NCBI GenBank assembly: GCA_043745235.1 | Contig: JAYTTD010000090.1 | Coordinates: forward strand, 50,760-114,759 | Source: Nitrospira sp. | GTDB taxonomy: Bacteria > Nitrospirota > Nitrospiria > Nitrospirales > Nitrospiraceae | DNA length: 64,000 bases | Direction of reading: 5' to 3' | Notes under the pieces: generated by a model | What the model was told of the DNA's origin: nothing | Seen by the model: only the letters and a program-made list of their open reading frames with translations | The model's database searches: none | Part shown: positions 47,856-57,442 of the stretch, one piece after another | Layout of the letters: each line of letters opens with the position of its first letter | How positions within the stretch are numbered: the first letter of the stretch is position 1 | Translations under genes and position numbers: made by a program

Positions 47856-48611
47856 ATGTCCGACGCCGATAAACACCGCGCGCGCATTTTTCTCCACCGT
47901 GGCCAACTGACGCAGGCCAAGGCCGCCTATGAACAGGCAGTCGCGGATGATCGCCTGGCCAATGATCACCGTGCTCTTTCCGACTCGCTCGGCAATCTAG
48001 GCAACGTCTGCGCTCTGTCAGACAACCTGGATCACGCAGAAGCCTGTTACAGGGAAGTGCTCACGATCCAACGCACAGAACGGAATCAGCATGCCATCGC
48101 CCACACGCTGGTGAATCTCGGCAATCTTCACATCGGCGCCGACCATCCAGGAAAAGCCCGCCCCTACTATCTTGAAGCGCTGGATCTGCTGCGCGATCTC
48201 CACGACGATCGCGCGCTCGGCATTCTCTACAACAATCTGGCATTGCAAGAAGCTCGTGAGGGACAGTGGGAACAGGCGGTGACGTCGTTCAAGCAGGCCC
48301 TCGACTCTCATCGGATTGTCGGAAATGAAGAAGGGTTAGCGGTGACCTATAGCCAACTCGGCAAGTGCTTTCTCGACCAGGGCGACCTGACCAGAGCCGA
48401 GCGCTGTCTCAACAATGCCTCGGAACATTACATCAAGCTCGGCAACGAACCAGCCGAAGCCTCGGTACTCCGACTCCTTGCCACGGTGTATGACACCCGT
48501 CAGGATCGTGTGTCAGCTCGACGATGTCTTGAACGAGTGGTTGCTCTCGACCAGCGATACGCCCTACCTGAGCTTCACACCGACTCGGCCTCTCTCGCGA
48601 AACTAAAGTAA
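47856..48611 (+). CDS. tetratricopeptide-repeat protein
   Basis: Repeated 'A....LGNLGNV/L......A...Y..AL' TPR units. The ATG at 47856 lies after the family-3 repeat arm. Confidence 0.8.
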   Translation: MSDADKHRARIFLHRGQLTQAKAAYEQAVADDRLANDHRALSDSLGNLGNVCALSDNLDHAEACYREVLTIQRTERNQHAIAHTLVNLGNLHIGADHPGKARPYYLEALDLLRDLHDDRALGILYNNLALQEAREGQWEQAVTSFKQALDSHRIVGNEEGLAVTYSQLGKCFLDQGDLTRAERCLNNASEHYIKLGNEPAEASVLRLLATVYDTRQDRVSARRCLERVVALDQRYALPELHTDSASLAKLK

Positions 48612-48804
48612 TCCGGGTAGCCTCTCCTCGCCCTTCTGTCTCTCCGAACAGCCTCCACCCAACTGTCCAGCATTCTTTCATTTTCCGCCTGGCCGAATCC
48701 GGCATATTGCTGGACAGAAATACATCCTCTGTTATCGTTGAGCATCACCCTGTTGCTTCATGCTTCACCATGAAAAACCGACAGGATATTGACGTGGATA
48801 TCGC

Positions 48805-49407
48805 ATGCCATTTCTTGCTCGAGTCCTCACAACACTGGCTCTCGGATCGCTGATGACTGCTCCCGGCGTATATGCCGCAGATGTCTCGCCCACAATCACC
48901 GTCGGCACTCAAGAAGTCGGACTCGCCGTCGGCTACATTCTTCCCCATCGGCTCACGCAGGACCACACGACTAAGCAGGAGGGAGTTGCCTTTATGCCCT
49001 CCTGGATGATGACCATCACTGATCCGGTGGGCAACAGCTGGTATCGTTGTCAGGTCTCGCTTGGTGCCGAGATGGTCTATATCCAGTTCCAGGAACCGTA
49101 TCTCACGCATGGCGTCGGCTTCACCCCGAAAATCAAATACACCTTCGTCGCACTGGACCGTATCCGGCCCTATACCGAATTCGCTGGAGGCCCCTTTTGG
49201 AGCGATCTCACCGGGAAGGTTCCTGAAGAGTCCGGTCAGTTCAACTTCATCTTGTCGGCCGGATTCGGAGTCTCCTATTTCCTGACCGACCAAGCCGCAC
49301 TCAACGTCGGCTATCGCTTTCAGCATATTTCCAATGGCGGCACGAGCTACCCGAATATCGGACTCAATGCCAGCCTACCCTTTGGGGGTTTCTCATATTT
49401 TTTCTGA
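48805..49407 (+). CDS. acyloxyacyl hydrolase / lipid A 3-O-deacylase (PagL-like) outer-membrane protein
   Basis: Signal peptide, beta-barrel pattern, catalytic-type 'FQHISNGG' near the C-terminus and a terminal 'FSYFF'. Confidence 0.7.
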   Translation: MPFLARVLTTLALGSLMTAPGVYAADVSPTITVGTQEVGLAVGYILPHRLTQDHTTKQEGVAFMPSWMMTITDPVGNSWYRCQVSLGAEMVYIQFQEPYLTHGVGFTPKIKYTFVALDRIRPYTEFAGGPFWSDLTGKVPEESGQFNFILSAGFGVSYFLTDQAALNVGYRFQHISNGGTSYPNIGLNASLPFGGFSYFF

Positions 49408-49423
49408 ACCGGGAGGAGACAGG

Positions 49424-50170
49424 ATGATGGGCAAGACTATTTCACGGCCATTGCTCGGCAGCGTTCTTGCCATAACACTTGGACTTGGAACCGGCTGTTC
49501 CCATTGGATCGAACTGACTGAACCGAAAGGGGCACCGACACCGCTACAGACAATCGTCATAAGCAACTTGCGCGTCCCCCTGCTGCTCGAAACTATTCAT
49601 ACGACACAGAACGGCGTCGCTCTGGCCACGCCAACCGCCCTTGAACGGCAGATTCTCGGCGCCTTCGAAGCCACGAAACTATTTTCCCAGCACTTCCAGT
49701 CCGGCTATACACAACCGGCAACCAACCAACCCCATGTGACGATTCGACTCTCGATGAACAACTCAGTGGAACCCCATGCCGGCGATGCAGCCTGGAGTGG
49801 ATTCCTCATTGGCGCCTCCATGTTCCTACTCTCTCCCATCGTCACGCTCGACTACGACTATAGTACCCAGATGGTTCTTGAAGTCGAACGGTGGGACGGA
49901 CAGACCAAGCAGTATCAGGCTGCCTCTTCCGGCACTGCACATTATCACCTCTTCGCTGCAAGCCAGCACCTCATCGATGAACTGAAAGGGCAAGTGACGG
50001 AAACCTGCCTGACACAGTTACTCGATCAAGTCATCCGCGATACCCCATTCTATATCGCCGGTGAACTCGCTCCATCGGAGACGGCTATTCGTACTGTCTC
50101 CGTAGGGACGAAGCATTCACGCACCCCTGTTCATCCGGTATCGACCAGCCCGGAGCCGGCTACGCGATAA
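49424..50170 (+). CDS. hypothetical lipoprotein
   Basis: GGAGGAG RBS, 'MMGKTISRPLLGSVLAITLGLGTGC' lipobox. I recognise no family. Confidence 0.55.
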   Translation: MMGKTISRPLLGSVLAITLGLGTGCSHWIELTEPKGAPTPLQTIVISNLRVPLLLETIHTTQNGVALATPTALERQILGAFEATKLFSQHFQSGYTQPATNQPHVTIRLSMNNSVEPHAGDAAWSGFLIGASMFLLSPIVTLDYDYSTQMVLEVERWDGQTKQYQAASSGTAHYHLFAASQHLIDELKGQVTETCLTQLLDQVIRDTPFYIAGELAPSETAIRTVSVGTKHSRTPVHPVSTSPEPATR

Positions 50171-50282
50171 CACCCTCCAGCAATCTGATGTAATCCCTCT
50201 CCAACAAAAGCCCTTGATGGGGCTGGCCCCCCGTGTTCACGCAGTGCTACTATACAGCTCATTGCCCAACCAGGAGGCCTGC

Positions 50283-50600
50283 GTGGATCTTGATGCGTTC
50301 AGACAGATGGTCGCCAAAAACCCACGAGGCTTTCTCGGCCGTTTCGGGCTCGGGAATAAACTCATTCAGGAAGGCGGGCCGCTCGAAGAGATCGTCGAGC
50401 ACCTGACCGTCGCCACGCAGCTAGATCCAACCCACGTCGCATCGCATCTGTTCCTGGGCCGCGCGCTTATCAAGCTGGGCAAAAAGGATGAGGCCAAGCC
50501 GATCCTCACTGCCGGCATCGACGCCGCGTTATCGGGCCGGTCTAACGGTGGACAGGACCTCGTACCGGAACTGCAACAGTTGCTTCGCGCGCTTGGATAA
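50283..50600 (+). CDS. small TPR-like helical protein
   Basis: GTG at 50283 with an AGGAGG RBS. 'LGNKLIQEGGPLEEIVEHLTVATQLDPTHVASHLFLGRALIKLGKKDEA'. The start is uncertain. Confidence 0.45.
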   Translation: MDLDAFRQMVAKNPRGFLGRFGLGNKLIQEGGPLEEIVEHLTVATQLDPTHVASHLFLGRALIKLGKKDEAKPILTAGIDAALSGRSNGGQDLVPELQQLLRALG

Positions 50601-50628
50601 ACACGTTTAGACGACAAGGGAGTCCATC

Positions 50629-50829
50629 ATGAATCTCGATGAAGCCAGAACACGCCTTGAATCAGCCGTGACTCAGTATGGACAGCATGCCGCCCCGGCG
50701 ATCGATTTGGTCATGAGCGAAGTCCGATCCGACATGGGCAAGGGCGCGTTCAACGAACTGGTCGAGGAGTTCGATTTGGAACTTTTGTACGGTATCGCCC
50801 CGATGGAAACGGACCACTCGAGCAGCTAA
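50629..50829 (+). CDS. small acidic hypothetical protein
   Basis: 66 aa with an AAGGGAG RBS. I recognise no family. Confidence 0.35.
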   Translation: MNLDEARTRLESAVTQYGQHAAPAIDLVMSEVRSDMGKGAFNELVEEFDLELLYGIAPMETDHSSS

Positions 50830-50849
50830 CCCGTGAGAGTCACCTCGCC

Positions 50850-51947
50850 TTGCCACTGATCTGGGCTGCGATTTCCGCACATGGGTTTGGACATGCCGCA
50901 CAGGTCGTGCCGGTCCTCAATGCCCTCGGGCGGCTCGTTCCCGACCTGCGCGTCATCTTACGAACCACCGTCCCCGCCTCGTTCTTCAACGATCGCCTCG
51001 TGATTCCCTGGGAACTCAGTGCCGTGCAACAAGATGTCGGCTGTATCCAGGATGGCCCTCTGACGATCGATGTGGAGGCGACCTGGCGCGAGCACGAGCG
51101 ATTTCACGCGACATGGACCGACCGGATACAGCATGAAGTGACGGCAATGAAGGCTGCACGGCCGGATGTGGTCCTTGCCGACACGCCCTACCTGGCCCTC
51201 GCGGCTGGAAAAGCCGCGGAGATTCCCACCGTCGCCTTGGCGAGCTTCACCTGGGACTTGATTCTCTCTGAGTACGTCGCTCCGCCACCCGTCGACAGAT
51301 CGGCGCTCCTTCATGCAATTCGTCAGAGCTACGCGCAAGCTGATGTGGCCCTGCGCATGATCCCTGCCCCAAAGATCGATATCATTCAGCGTATCGTCGA
51401 TATTGGCCCCATCGCCGAACCGGCCGCTTCAGCTCGCGACCAGCTCGCCACAGTGCTAACTCTGGCACCGGAGGAACGGACTGTGCTCGTGGGATTTGGC
51501 GGTATTCCGCTGACCTCACTCCCATTTGCCGATCTAGAGTTACTCGCAGGTTATCGGTTTCTATTCGATGGACCCATTCCACCAGGCAGCACCAAATTCG
51601 TATCGACGCACTCCCTGCCCTTCTCATTCAAAACATTGATGGCCTCTGTCGATGTCATCATGACCAAACCCGGTTACGGCACCATTGTTGAGGCAGTCGC
51701 GCTTCAACAGCCAATCGTGTACGTCCGCCGATACAATTTTGCCGATGAACTGCCGCTCGTCGACTATCTGCACCGCTACGGACGCGGCGTTGAATTGTCG
51801 ATCGATGACTTCATGGAAGGCCGCTGGGAACCAACGTTGAGACAGGTGCTTGCAGTGCCGCAACCAGCCTTCACGCCTCCGGCATTGACTGGCGCTCACG
51901 ATGCGGCCACCATTTTCGCCTCCTATCTCACCAAGTCAGGACCCTGA
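50850..51947 (+). CDS. GT-B-fold glycosyltransferase-like protein (MurG/UGT-like)
   Basis: TTG start. N-terminal 'AISAHGFGHAAQVVPVLNAL' and C-terminal 'MTKPGYGTIVEAVALQQPIVYV' resemble GT1/GT28-type donors. The call is by recollection. Confidence 0.5.
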   Translation: MPLIWAAISAHGFGHAAQVVPVLNALGRLVPDLRVILRTTVPASFFNDRLVIPWELSAVQQDVGCIQDGPLTIDVEATWREHERFHATWTDRIQHEVTAMKAARPDVVLADTPYLALAAGKAAEIPTVALASFTWDLILSEYVAPPPVDRSALLHAIRQSYAQADVALRMIPAPKIDIIQRIVDIGPIAEPAASARDQLATVLTLAPEERTVLVGFGGIPLTSLPFADLELLAGYRFLFDGPIPPGSTKFVSTHSLPFSFKTLMASVDVIMTKPGYGTIVEAVALQQPIVYVRRYNFADELPLVDYLHRYGRGVELSIDDFMEGRWEPTLRQVLAVPQPAFTPPALTGAHDAATIFASYLTKSGP

Positions 51948-51949
51948 CC

Positions 51950-52759
51950 ATGCATCTGCTTGGACTAGTGATTCAATACGTCTCCAACGGTTGCAAACGA
52001 ATCGGTGGGGCGGTCTTTCGTATCACTCAATTCCTAGACGCTCTATTACCGGCACTCTTCTCCCCCACTCAACTTTCCAAACTCATTCACGTGCACTACG
52101 AAGACCGCTATCGTGATGCTTCTGGACGCTATTCCGCGGAGGCCTACGGAACGGAGCTTTTAGAGTGGGAGGAAGACGTGCTCGCGCGCCACAAGATCGC
52201 GTCTGGCACAGCCGTGGTGCTTGGAGCCGGAGTGGGTCGTGAATCCATCGAGCTCGCCAGACGGGGACTGCATGTGATTGGACTTGATATCAGTCGAGAC
52301 GCCCTCCATCTGGCCGCTCTCACCGCGCGGGGAAAGTCTATACCCGTCACCTTTCTCCAGGCGAGCTTCTACGATATCCCGACCCTCCCTGCCCGCATCG
52401 ATTACATCTTCCTCTCCGGCATCATGTACAGCTCCATCCCTGGACGGCAGGCGCGGCAAGCCTGGCTCAAAGGCCTGCGCACCCATCTGAAACCTGGCGG
52501 ACTCGCCGTCCTGAACTATTACATTGACCGAACAACGGAAACTCAGACAGATCGGCGTGCCCGCACGTTCAATTCCTGGCTGGCCAGCCTGCCAGGAGCG
52601 AATCCCTTGTATCAACCGGGCGACCTCGTGTCTCAAGAGCACTTTCTCCACGCCTTCTTGAGCGAAGAAGAACTTCGGTCTGAGCTGACCGAAGCAGGAG
52701 CGACGATCGTTCAACTCAACTGGGACAAGCAGTTCACCGTGATCGCATGGCCTTATTAA
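51950..52759 (+). CDS. class I SAM-dependent methyltransferase
   Basis: Motif I 'AVVLGAGVGRESIELARRG' followed by 'VIGLDIS'. It starts 2 nt after the glycosyltransferase-like gene. Confidence 0.8.
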   Translation: MHLLGLVIQYVSNGCKRIGGAVFRITQFLDALLPALFSPTQLSKLIHVHYEDRYRDASGRYSAEAYGTELLEWEEDVLARHKIASGTAVVLGAGVGRESIELARRGLHVIGLDISRDALHLAALTARGKSIPVTFLQASFYDIPTLPARIDYIFLSGIMYSSIPGRQARQAWLKGLRTHLKPGGLAVLNYYIDRTTETQTDRRARTFNSWLASLPGANPLYQPGDLVSQEHFLHAFLSEEELRSELTEAGATIVQLNWDKQFTVIAWPY

Positions 52760-52848
52760 ACCGTCTTGGGCGGGTCATCGAGAGCTGATCGAACTCGGCG
52801 AGAAATACCGCTGGAAGCGGCTTGGAGGATTTGCTATTCTCCTGCTCT

Positions 52849-53160
52849 ATGAACACCACCTCCATCTACGCCAGACATCCTGATTATGTACAGCGCGACG
52901 TAGCGGGAGAATGTATCCTCGTTCCCATCCGCCGATCCCTCGCAGAAGCGAACAGCATTTACGTCTTGAACGAAACGGGGGCGGCCCTATGGAATCGTCT
53001 TGACGGCACACATCGGCTGCAAGACATCACGGCGGCCTTCTGCATAGAGTACGACGTCACAACAGATCAATTGCACCGGGATGTTGAGACCCTCCTGGCA
53101 GACCTACTTTCGATTCATGCCATTGAAGAGGTTGCCGTTGCCGATGCTCCCACGGGATAA
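52849..53160 (+). CDS. PqqD-family peptide chaperone (RRE-type leader-binding protein)
   Basis: 'VAGECILVPI......IYVLNETGAALWNRLDGTHRLQDITAAFCIEYDVTTDQLHRDVETLLADL' is the standard PqqD pattern. An alternative TTG start lies at 52822. Confidence 0.8.
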   Translation: MNTTSIYARHPDYVQRDVAGECILVPIRRSLAEANSIYVLNETGAALWNRLDGTHRLQDITAAFCIEYDVTTDQLHRDVETLLADLLSIHAIEEVAVADAPTG

Positions 53161-54058
53161 ACTCAATCACCTCCCAGAGCGGTTTCCCGTCGCCTGCCAG
53201 TGGGAAATCACCTGCCGCTGCAATCTGCATTGCGTGATGTGTTACACGGATTGTTTCAATCGACCTGACTTCATCCGCCAGGAACTCGCCACCTCAGACA
53301 TCCTCCGCATCATGGATGAGATGGCCAACGCCGGCACGCTCGAACTCTGCTTGACCGGCGGCGAACCAATGATACGGCCTGATTTTTTTCAGCTGTACGA
53401 GCACGCCATCCGCCGCGGTTTTCTTGTGACGGTGTTCACCAATGGCACATTGATCACGGAGGCTGCCGCGGACCATTTCGCGACGCTACGTCCCCATCAA
53501 ATCGAGATCAGCCTGCACGGACTGACAAAAGAGATCTTTGAGCGCATCACCCAAGGCACAGGGTCCTATCACCGCTGTCTTGATGGTATCAAGCTGCTGC
53601 TCGATCGACAGGTTCCCCTCACACTCAAGAGCACGGCGATGACGCTCAACCAGCATGAAATTCTTGCCATCAAACAGTACGTCGCCTCGCTTGGATCGGT
53701 CCGCTATAAACTCGGGGAAGAGATGCGGCCAGAACTCGATGGCGGAGCTGGCCCGTTTCACTACGCGCTCTCCGAAGGAGACTTGAGAATCCTCAATCAA
53801 CAAGACGCCGATCTTTGGAAAGAATCCTGCCAGCAACCACGCACGGATGATCTCCCCCCCTGCCGAAGCGGGATGCAACGATTCCACATCGACGCCTATG
53901 GGAAACTGCAACTCTGCTCAGGCAATCGACGGCAGAGCTACGATCTTCTGAACGGGTCGTTCCGGGAAGGCTTCTTCGAGGCCATGCCGACATTCGCGTG
54001 CGAGTGGAAAGCGCCCGTGGCGTCAGAACCGATGCGCCCGACGGTGTACCATGCCTGA
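53144..54058 (+). CDS. radical SAM enzyme with partial (twitch-like) SPASM domain, paralog 1
   Basis: CX3CX2C 'CNLHCVMC', 'LTGGEP' and 'CRSGMQRFHIDAYGKLQLC' (CX12GX4C), but no CX2CX5C block. It overlaps the PqqD stop. Confidence 0.88.
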   Translation: MLPRDKLNHLPERFPVACQWEITCRCNLHCVMCYTDCFNRPDFIRQELATSDILRIMDEMANAGTLELCLTGGEPMIRPDFFQLYEHAIRRGFLVTVFTNGTLITEAAADHFATLRPHQIEISLHGLTKEIFERITQGTGSYHRCLDGIKLLLDRQVPLTLKSTAMTLNQHEILAIKQYVASLGSVRYKLGEEMRPELDGGAGPFHYALSEGDLRILNQQDADLWKESCQQPRTDDLPPCRSGMQRFHIDAYGKLQLCSGNRRQSYDLLNGSFREGFFEAMPTFACEWKAPVASEPMRPTVYHA

Positions 54059-55181
54059 AGCCAGAGCCATTCCCACAATGCAGTATGGCGAGTTCAGCCG
54101 CATGGCGTATGAACGTGCGGTGCAACAAGACCGCATCATCAAAGCACAACTCGAGCTCACCTATCGCTGTAATTTGCACTGCCGCCATTGCTACACCGAT
54201 CCCTACAACGGCAAGGAGTTCTTCCCCCGCGAATTGAGCATAGCGGAGATTTACCGCCTCCTCGGCGAGATGCGCGACATGGGTGTGATGTGGCTCAATC
54301 TCACCGGTGGCGACATCTTCATGCATCCTGATTTCTTCGAGATCTATGAGGCGGCCAATCGGCAGGGCTTCCTGCTCCAGCTCTATACCAACGGCACGCT
54401 CTTTACCCGCGCGATCATCGAAAGATTAAAGACCATGCCCCCGTTTACCATCGATATCTCGTGCCACTCGGTGAACGAAGAACGGTTCGACTGGTTCACG
54501 CAAGTAGCAGGGTCCTATCGCGCCTTCATGCGCGGGATGATGTGGCTGCGGGAGAGTGGATTGCCCTTCACGTTGAAAACCAAGTTGATGGATTGGAACA
54601 AAGACGAGATCGACGACATCCGGACCTTCACCGAATCGTTTGGCCAACAGTTCGGCTATACCACGTCACTCTCACCACGACTGAACGGAGATTGCACGTC
54701 GCTCGCCTATCGAATTGACCCGCAAGATTTGAAACGCCTGGAACAGACCGATGTCCTCAGAGAGGCCGAAGATCTTTGCGCCGCACAAGAGGAGATTGCC
54801 ACACCTGACAGCGACCGCCTCTACCGGTGCGGATGCGGAACCAACTCCATTCACATCAATGCCTGGGGCGAGCTCGGCACCTGCACATTGCAGTATGAAC
54901 ATCGAGTCTCGCTTCGGACACATTCCTTGCAAGATGCGGTCGCACAGGTGTTTGGAGCCGTCCGATCGATGCGGTATCAGAGCGACAGTCCTTGCCGCTC
55001 CTGTGACATTCACCGATTCTGCGAGAAGAAACCGACCGATGCCCGATGGGAACAAGGTGAGGCCGAAGCCCCCATCCCCTACGATTGTGATATTGCGTTA
55101 GTTCGTGCGGAAACCACCGTTCGCCAGCCCCTAATTCACCCGTTGAGGAAAGGGGCAGTGGCCGCGGTGAAAACACAATAA
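54051..55181 (+). CDS. radical SAM/SPASM-domain enzyme, paralog 2
   Basis: 'CNLHCRHC', 'LTGGD', 'CGCGTNSIHINAWGELGTC' and 'CRSCDIHRFC' (CX2CX5C). It overlaps the stop of paralog 1 by 8 nt. Confidence 0.9.
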   Translation: MPEARAIPTMQYGEFSRMAYERAVQQDRIIKAQLELTYRCNLHCRHCYTDPYNGKEFFPRELSIAEIYRLLGEMRDMGVMWLNLTGGDIFMHPDFFEIYEAANRQGFLLQLYTNGTLFTRAIIERLKTMPPFTIDISCHSVNEERFDWFTQVAGSYRAFMRGMMWLRESGLPFTLKTKLMDWNKDEIDDIRTFTESFGQQFGYTTSLSPRLNGDCTSLAYRIDPQDLKRLEQTDVLREAEDLCAAQEEIATPDSDRLYRCGCGTNSIHINAWGELGTCTLQYEHRVSLRTHSLQDAVAQVFGAVRSMRYQSDSPCRSCDIHRFCEKKPTDARWEQGEAEAPIPYDCDIALVRAETTVRQPLIHPLRKGAVAAVKTQ

Positions 55182-55218
55182 CATCGTTGTTCTCAATATG
55201 GTTTAGGAGAAACCAGCT

Positions 55219-55473
55219 ATGACCGAGAAAAAACCCTACAGCCCTCCGCAACTGTACGAAGTGACTTTGGACCAGGAGCAGGCGATTCTGACCGCCTGCA
55301 GTTTGACGACAATGTCCGTCGCTGCCGGTGTCGGCACGAACGGCTGTCGTGTAAGCGGCCGTTGTGAAACCGCCATGTGCGGTGGCGGCTCACCGGGAGG
55401 ATGCAAGCGATCATCCCTCGGGATGGTGTTCTGTGGCGTGACCTGCCACGACAGCGGCATTCGGGCATCATAG
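55219..55473 (+). CDS. candidate RiPP precursor peptide (84 aa, 7 Cys)
   Basis: AGGAGA RBS 8 nt before the ATG. Leader-like 'MTEKKPYSPPQLYEVTLDQEQ' contains YxxPxL. Cys/Gly-rich C-terminal part 'C..C.....C....CGGGSPGGC.........C...C' ends in '...GIRAS'. It is embedded between the maturase genes. Confidence 0.6.
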   Translation: MTEKKPYSPPQLYEVTLDQEQAILTACSLTTMSVAAGVGTNGCRVSGRCETAMCGGGSPGGCKRSSLGMVFCGVTCHDSGIRAS

Positions 55474-55481
55474 GTTTTTCT

Positions 55482-56387
55482 ATGCTCATTGCCCTGCAAC
55501 TTGGTGGATCTGTCTTTCACCTCCGAGAACCAAAAGATTATCCCCTTCTGGCATGGCCGATCCGTCCCTTTGATGTGTTCCTCGCACCGCCGGATGTACC
55601 GCCGGATTTCCAGATAGAGGTGACGGTCGTCCCGCACTTGCCTGAATTGGCAACCGGGCTACTCCGATTCGATGCAGGCCAAGGATATTGGAAACTCTTC
55701 GAGTCTGATGCCGGCTTTGTGATTGAGAGTCTCAGTCCATTACTCCTTCAGCCGCGTGCTCGCGCCCAGGTCTCTCACGACTACCGCACAATCCGCGCAT
55801 GGGTTCTGCCAGAACTGCATTTAGGGCAAGTCGGTTGGAGTCCGATGCACCTGTTCAATCCCATCGTGGAAATTTGCCTCCTCTCTCGCCTCGCCTTGGA
55901 TGGAGGATTACTCCTTCATGCCGCAGGCCTCACAACCCAGGAAGAGGGCTACATCTTTACCGGTGACTCAGGAGCCGGCAAATCTACCATCGCACAGTTT
56001 TTCGCGGAACGAGGCGCGCTGGTGCTCAGCGATGAACGACTGATTATCCGCAAGAGCGCCGATAACTTCATACTCTACGGCACACCATGGGTCGGATCCG
56101 GGAACTATGCCCACAATGCGCAGGCCCCGCTCACACAGCTCTATTGCATCAGTCATGGGACGGAGCAGCATACGATCTCTCTCTTGTCCCCTCGCGCCGT
56201 CTCGCAAGAACTCTTGCGCCAGTGCTTCCTTCCGCTCTGGAGTCGCGACGCGCTCGAAGCGACGCTGGCAACCGTTACGGATCTCGTACAGCAGATTCAC
56301 TGCCGGGCGCTGGCAGCGCTCAAATCGCCGGATGTCGTAGATGTTGTGCTGACTCAACGCCACCTATCCCCGATAGGTTCACGATGA
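55482..56387 (+). CDS. HPr-kinase-related (HprK C-terminal-like) P-loop kinase
   Basis: 'LLLHAAGLTTQEEGYIFTGDSGAGKSTIAQFFAERGALVLSDERLII' matches the HprK_C core. It starts 9 nt after the precursor stop. Confidence 0.75.
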   Translation: MLIALQLGGSVFHLREPKDYPLLAWPIRPFDVFLAPPDVPPDFQIEVTVVPHLPELATGLLRFDAGQGYWKLFESDAGFVIESLSPLLLQPRARAQVSHDYRTIRAWVLPELHLGQVGWSPMHLFNPIVEICLLSRLALDGGLLLHAAGLTTQEEGYIFTGDSGAGKSTIAQFFAERGALVLSDERLIIRKSADNFILYGTPWVGSGNYAHNAQAPLTQLYCISHGTEQHTISLLSPRAVSQELLRQCFLPLWSRDALEATLATVTDLVQQIHCRALAALKSPDVVDVVLTQRHLSPIGSR

Positions 56388-57442
56388 AAACAATCGCCGC
56401 TGCCGACTTTCTTGATGCTCTGTCAGCGAAGGCTGCGCAGGCACGCAGGCCTGAGGGAGTCACGTTCGAATTGACGTATGGCTGCAACCTGCGTTGCGTC
56501 CATTGTTACAACCCGACGCATCGTGCCTTGCCGCATGAACTCACGACCTCAGAGATTTGCTCGCTATTAAACCAAATCGCCGACCTTGGAGTGCTCACTG
56601 TAACCTTCACAGGAGGCGAACCGAGCGTGCGCCCAGACATCGAACACATTCTTCGGCATGCACGCCAACAGGGTTTGGTTATACAACTCTTGACCAATGC
56701 CACGCGCATCACGCCTTCGTTCGTCACAGTGCTCAGAGAAATCGGTGTGGCGCAGATGAACGTCTCTATCTACGGAGCAACGGAAGCGACCTATGAACGA
56801 ATGACCGAGGTTGCCGGCTCCTATCGGCAGTTTCGGCAAGGCTTGAACTGCCTCGCTGATGGTCAGTTACCGGTGACCGTCCGAATGCCGGTCACCACCA
56901 TCAACTACGAGGAGATTCACGCCTGTCGGGAATTGACAGAATCCCTGCATATGAAGTTCCAATACTGCCTGGAAATCATGACGTCTATTACAGGCGACCC
57001 GACGCCACTCCAATATCGGCTTGACCCTGAGCGAAAAGTCCGAATCGATCAAGAGCTACTCTCATACCGCACGATGGACCAGCCCGAAGCATCCTGTTCG
57101 ACTCAACAGCCTTTCATCGAATGTGCCTGCGGTCAGAGTCGATTTGCGATTACTCCCTATGGCGAAATGAATCTCTGCACCGCCTTCCCTATTCCGCGCT
57201 ATGATCTCCGCACCGGCACGGTGAAAGAAGGTTGGGAGATCCTTAAACAGACGGTCGATCAGGCTCATCCCAACCATCGTTACGAATGTCCGACCTGTGA
57301 GGTACGGCCTCACTGCCGCCAGGGTCGGAGCGACTCCTGGCTTGAAACCGGGGACATGAGTTCGTGCCTTCCACACTATAAAGAATGGGCTGAATTGGAG
57401 CATCGCACCTATGCCCTCCTCGACCCTCGACAACCTCGCTGA
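56384..57442 (+). CDS. radical SAM/SPASM-domain enzyme, paralog 3
   Basis: 'CNLRCVHC', 'FTGGEP', 'CACGQSRFAITPYGEMNLC' and 'CPTCEVRPHC'. ATGA overlap with the kinase stop. Confidence 0.9.
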   Translation: MKTIAAADFLDALSAKAAQARRPEGVTFELTYGCNLRCVHCYNPTHRALPHELTTSEICSLLNQIADLGVLTVTFTGGEPSVRPDIEHILRHARQQGLVIQLLTNATRITPSFVTVLREIGVAQMNVSIYGATEATYERMTEVAGSYRQFRQGLNCLADGQLPVTVRMPVTTINYEEIHACRELTESLHMKFQYCLEIMTSITGDPTPLQYRLDPERKVRIDQELLSYRTMDQPEASCSTQQPFIECACGQSRFAITPYGEMNLCTAFPIPRYDLRTGTVKEGWEILKQTVDQAHPNHRYECPTCEVRPHCRQGRSDSWLETGDMSSCLPHYKEWAELEHRTYALLDPRQPR

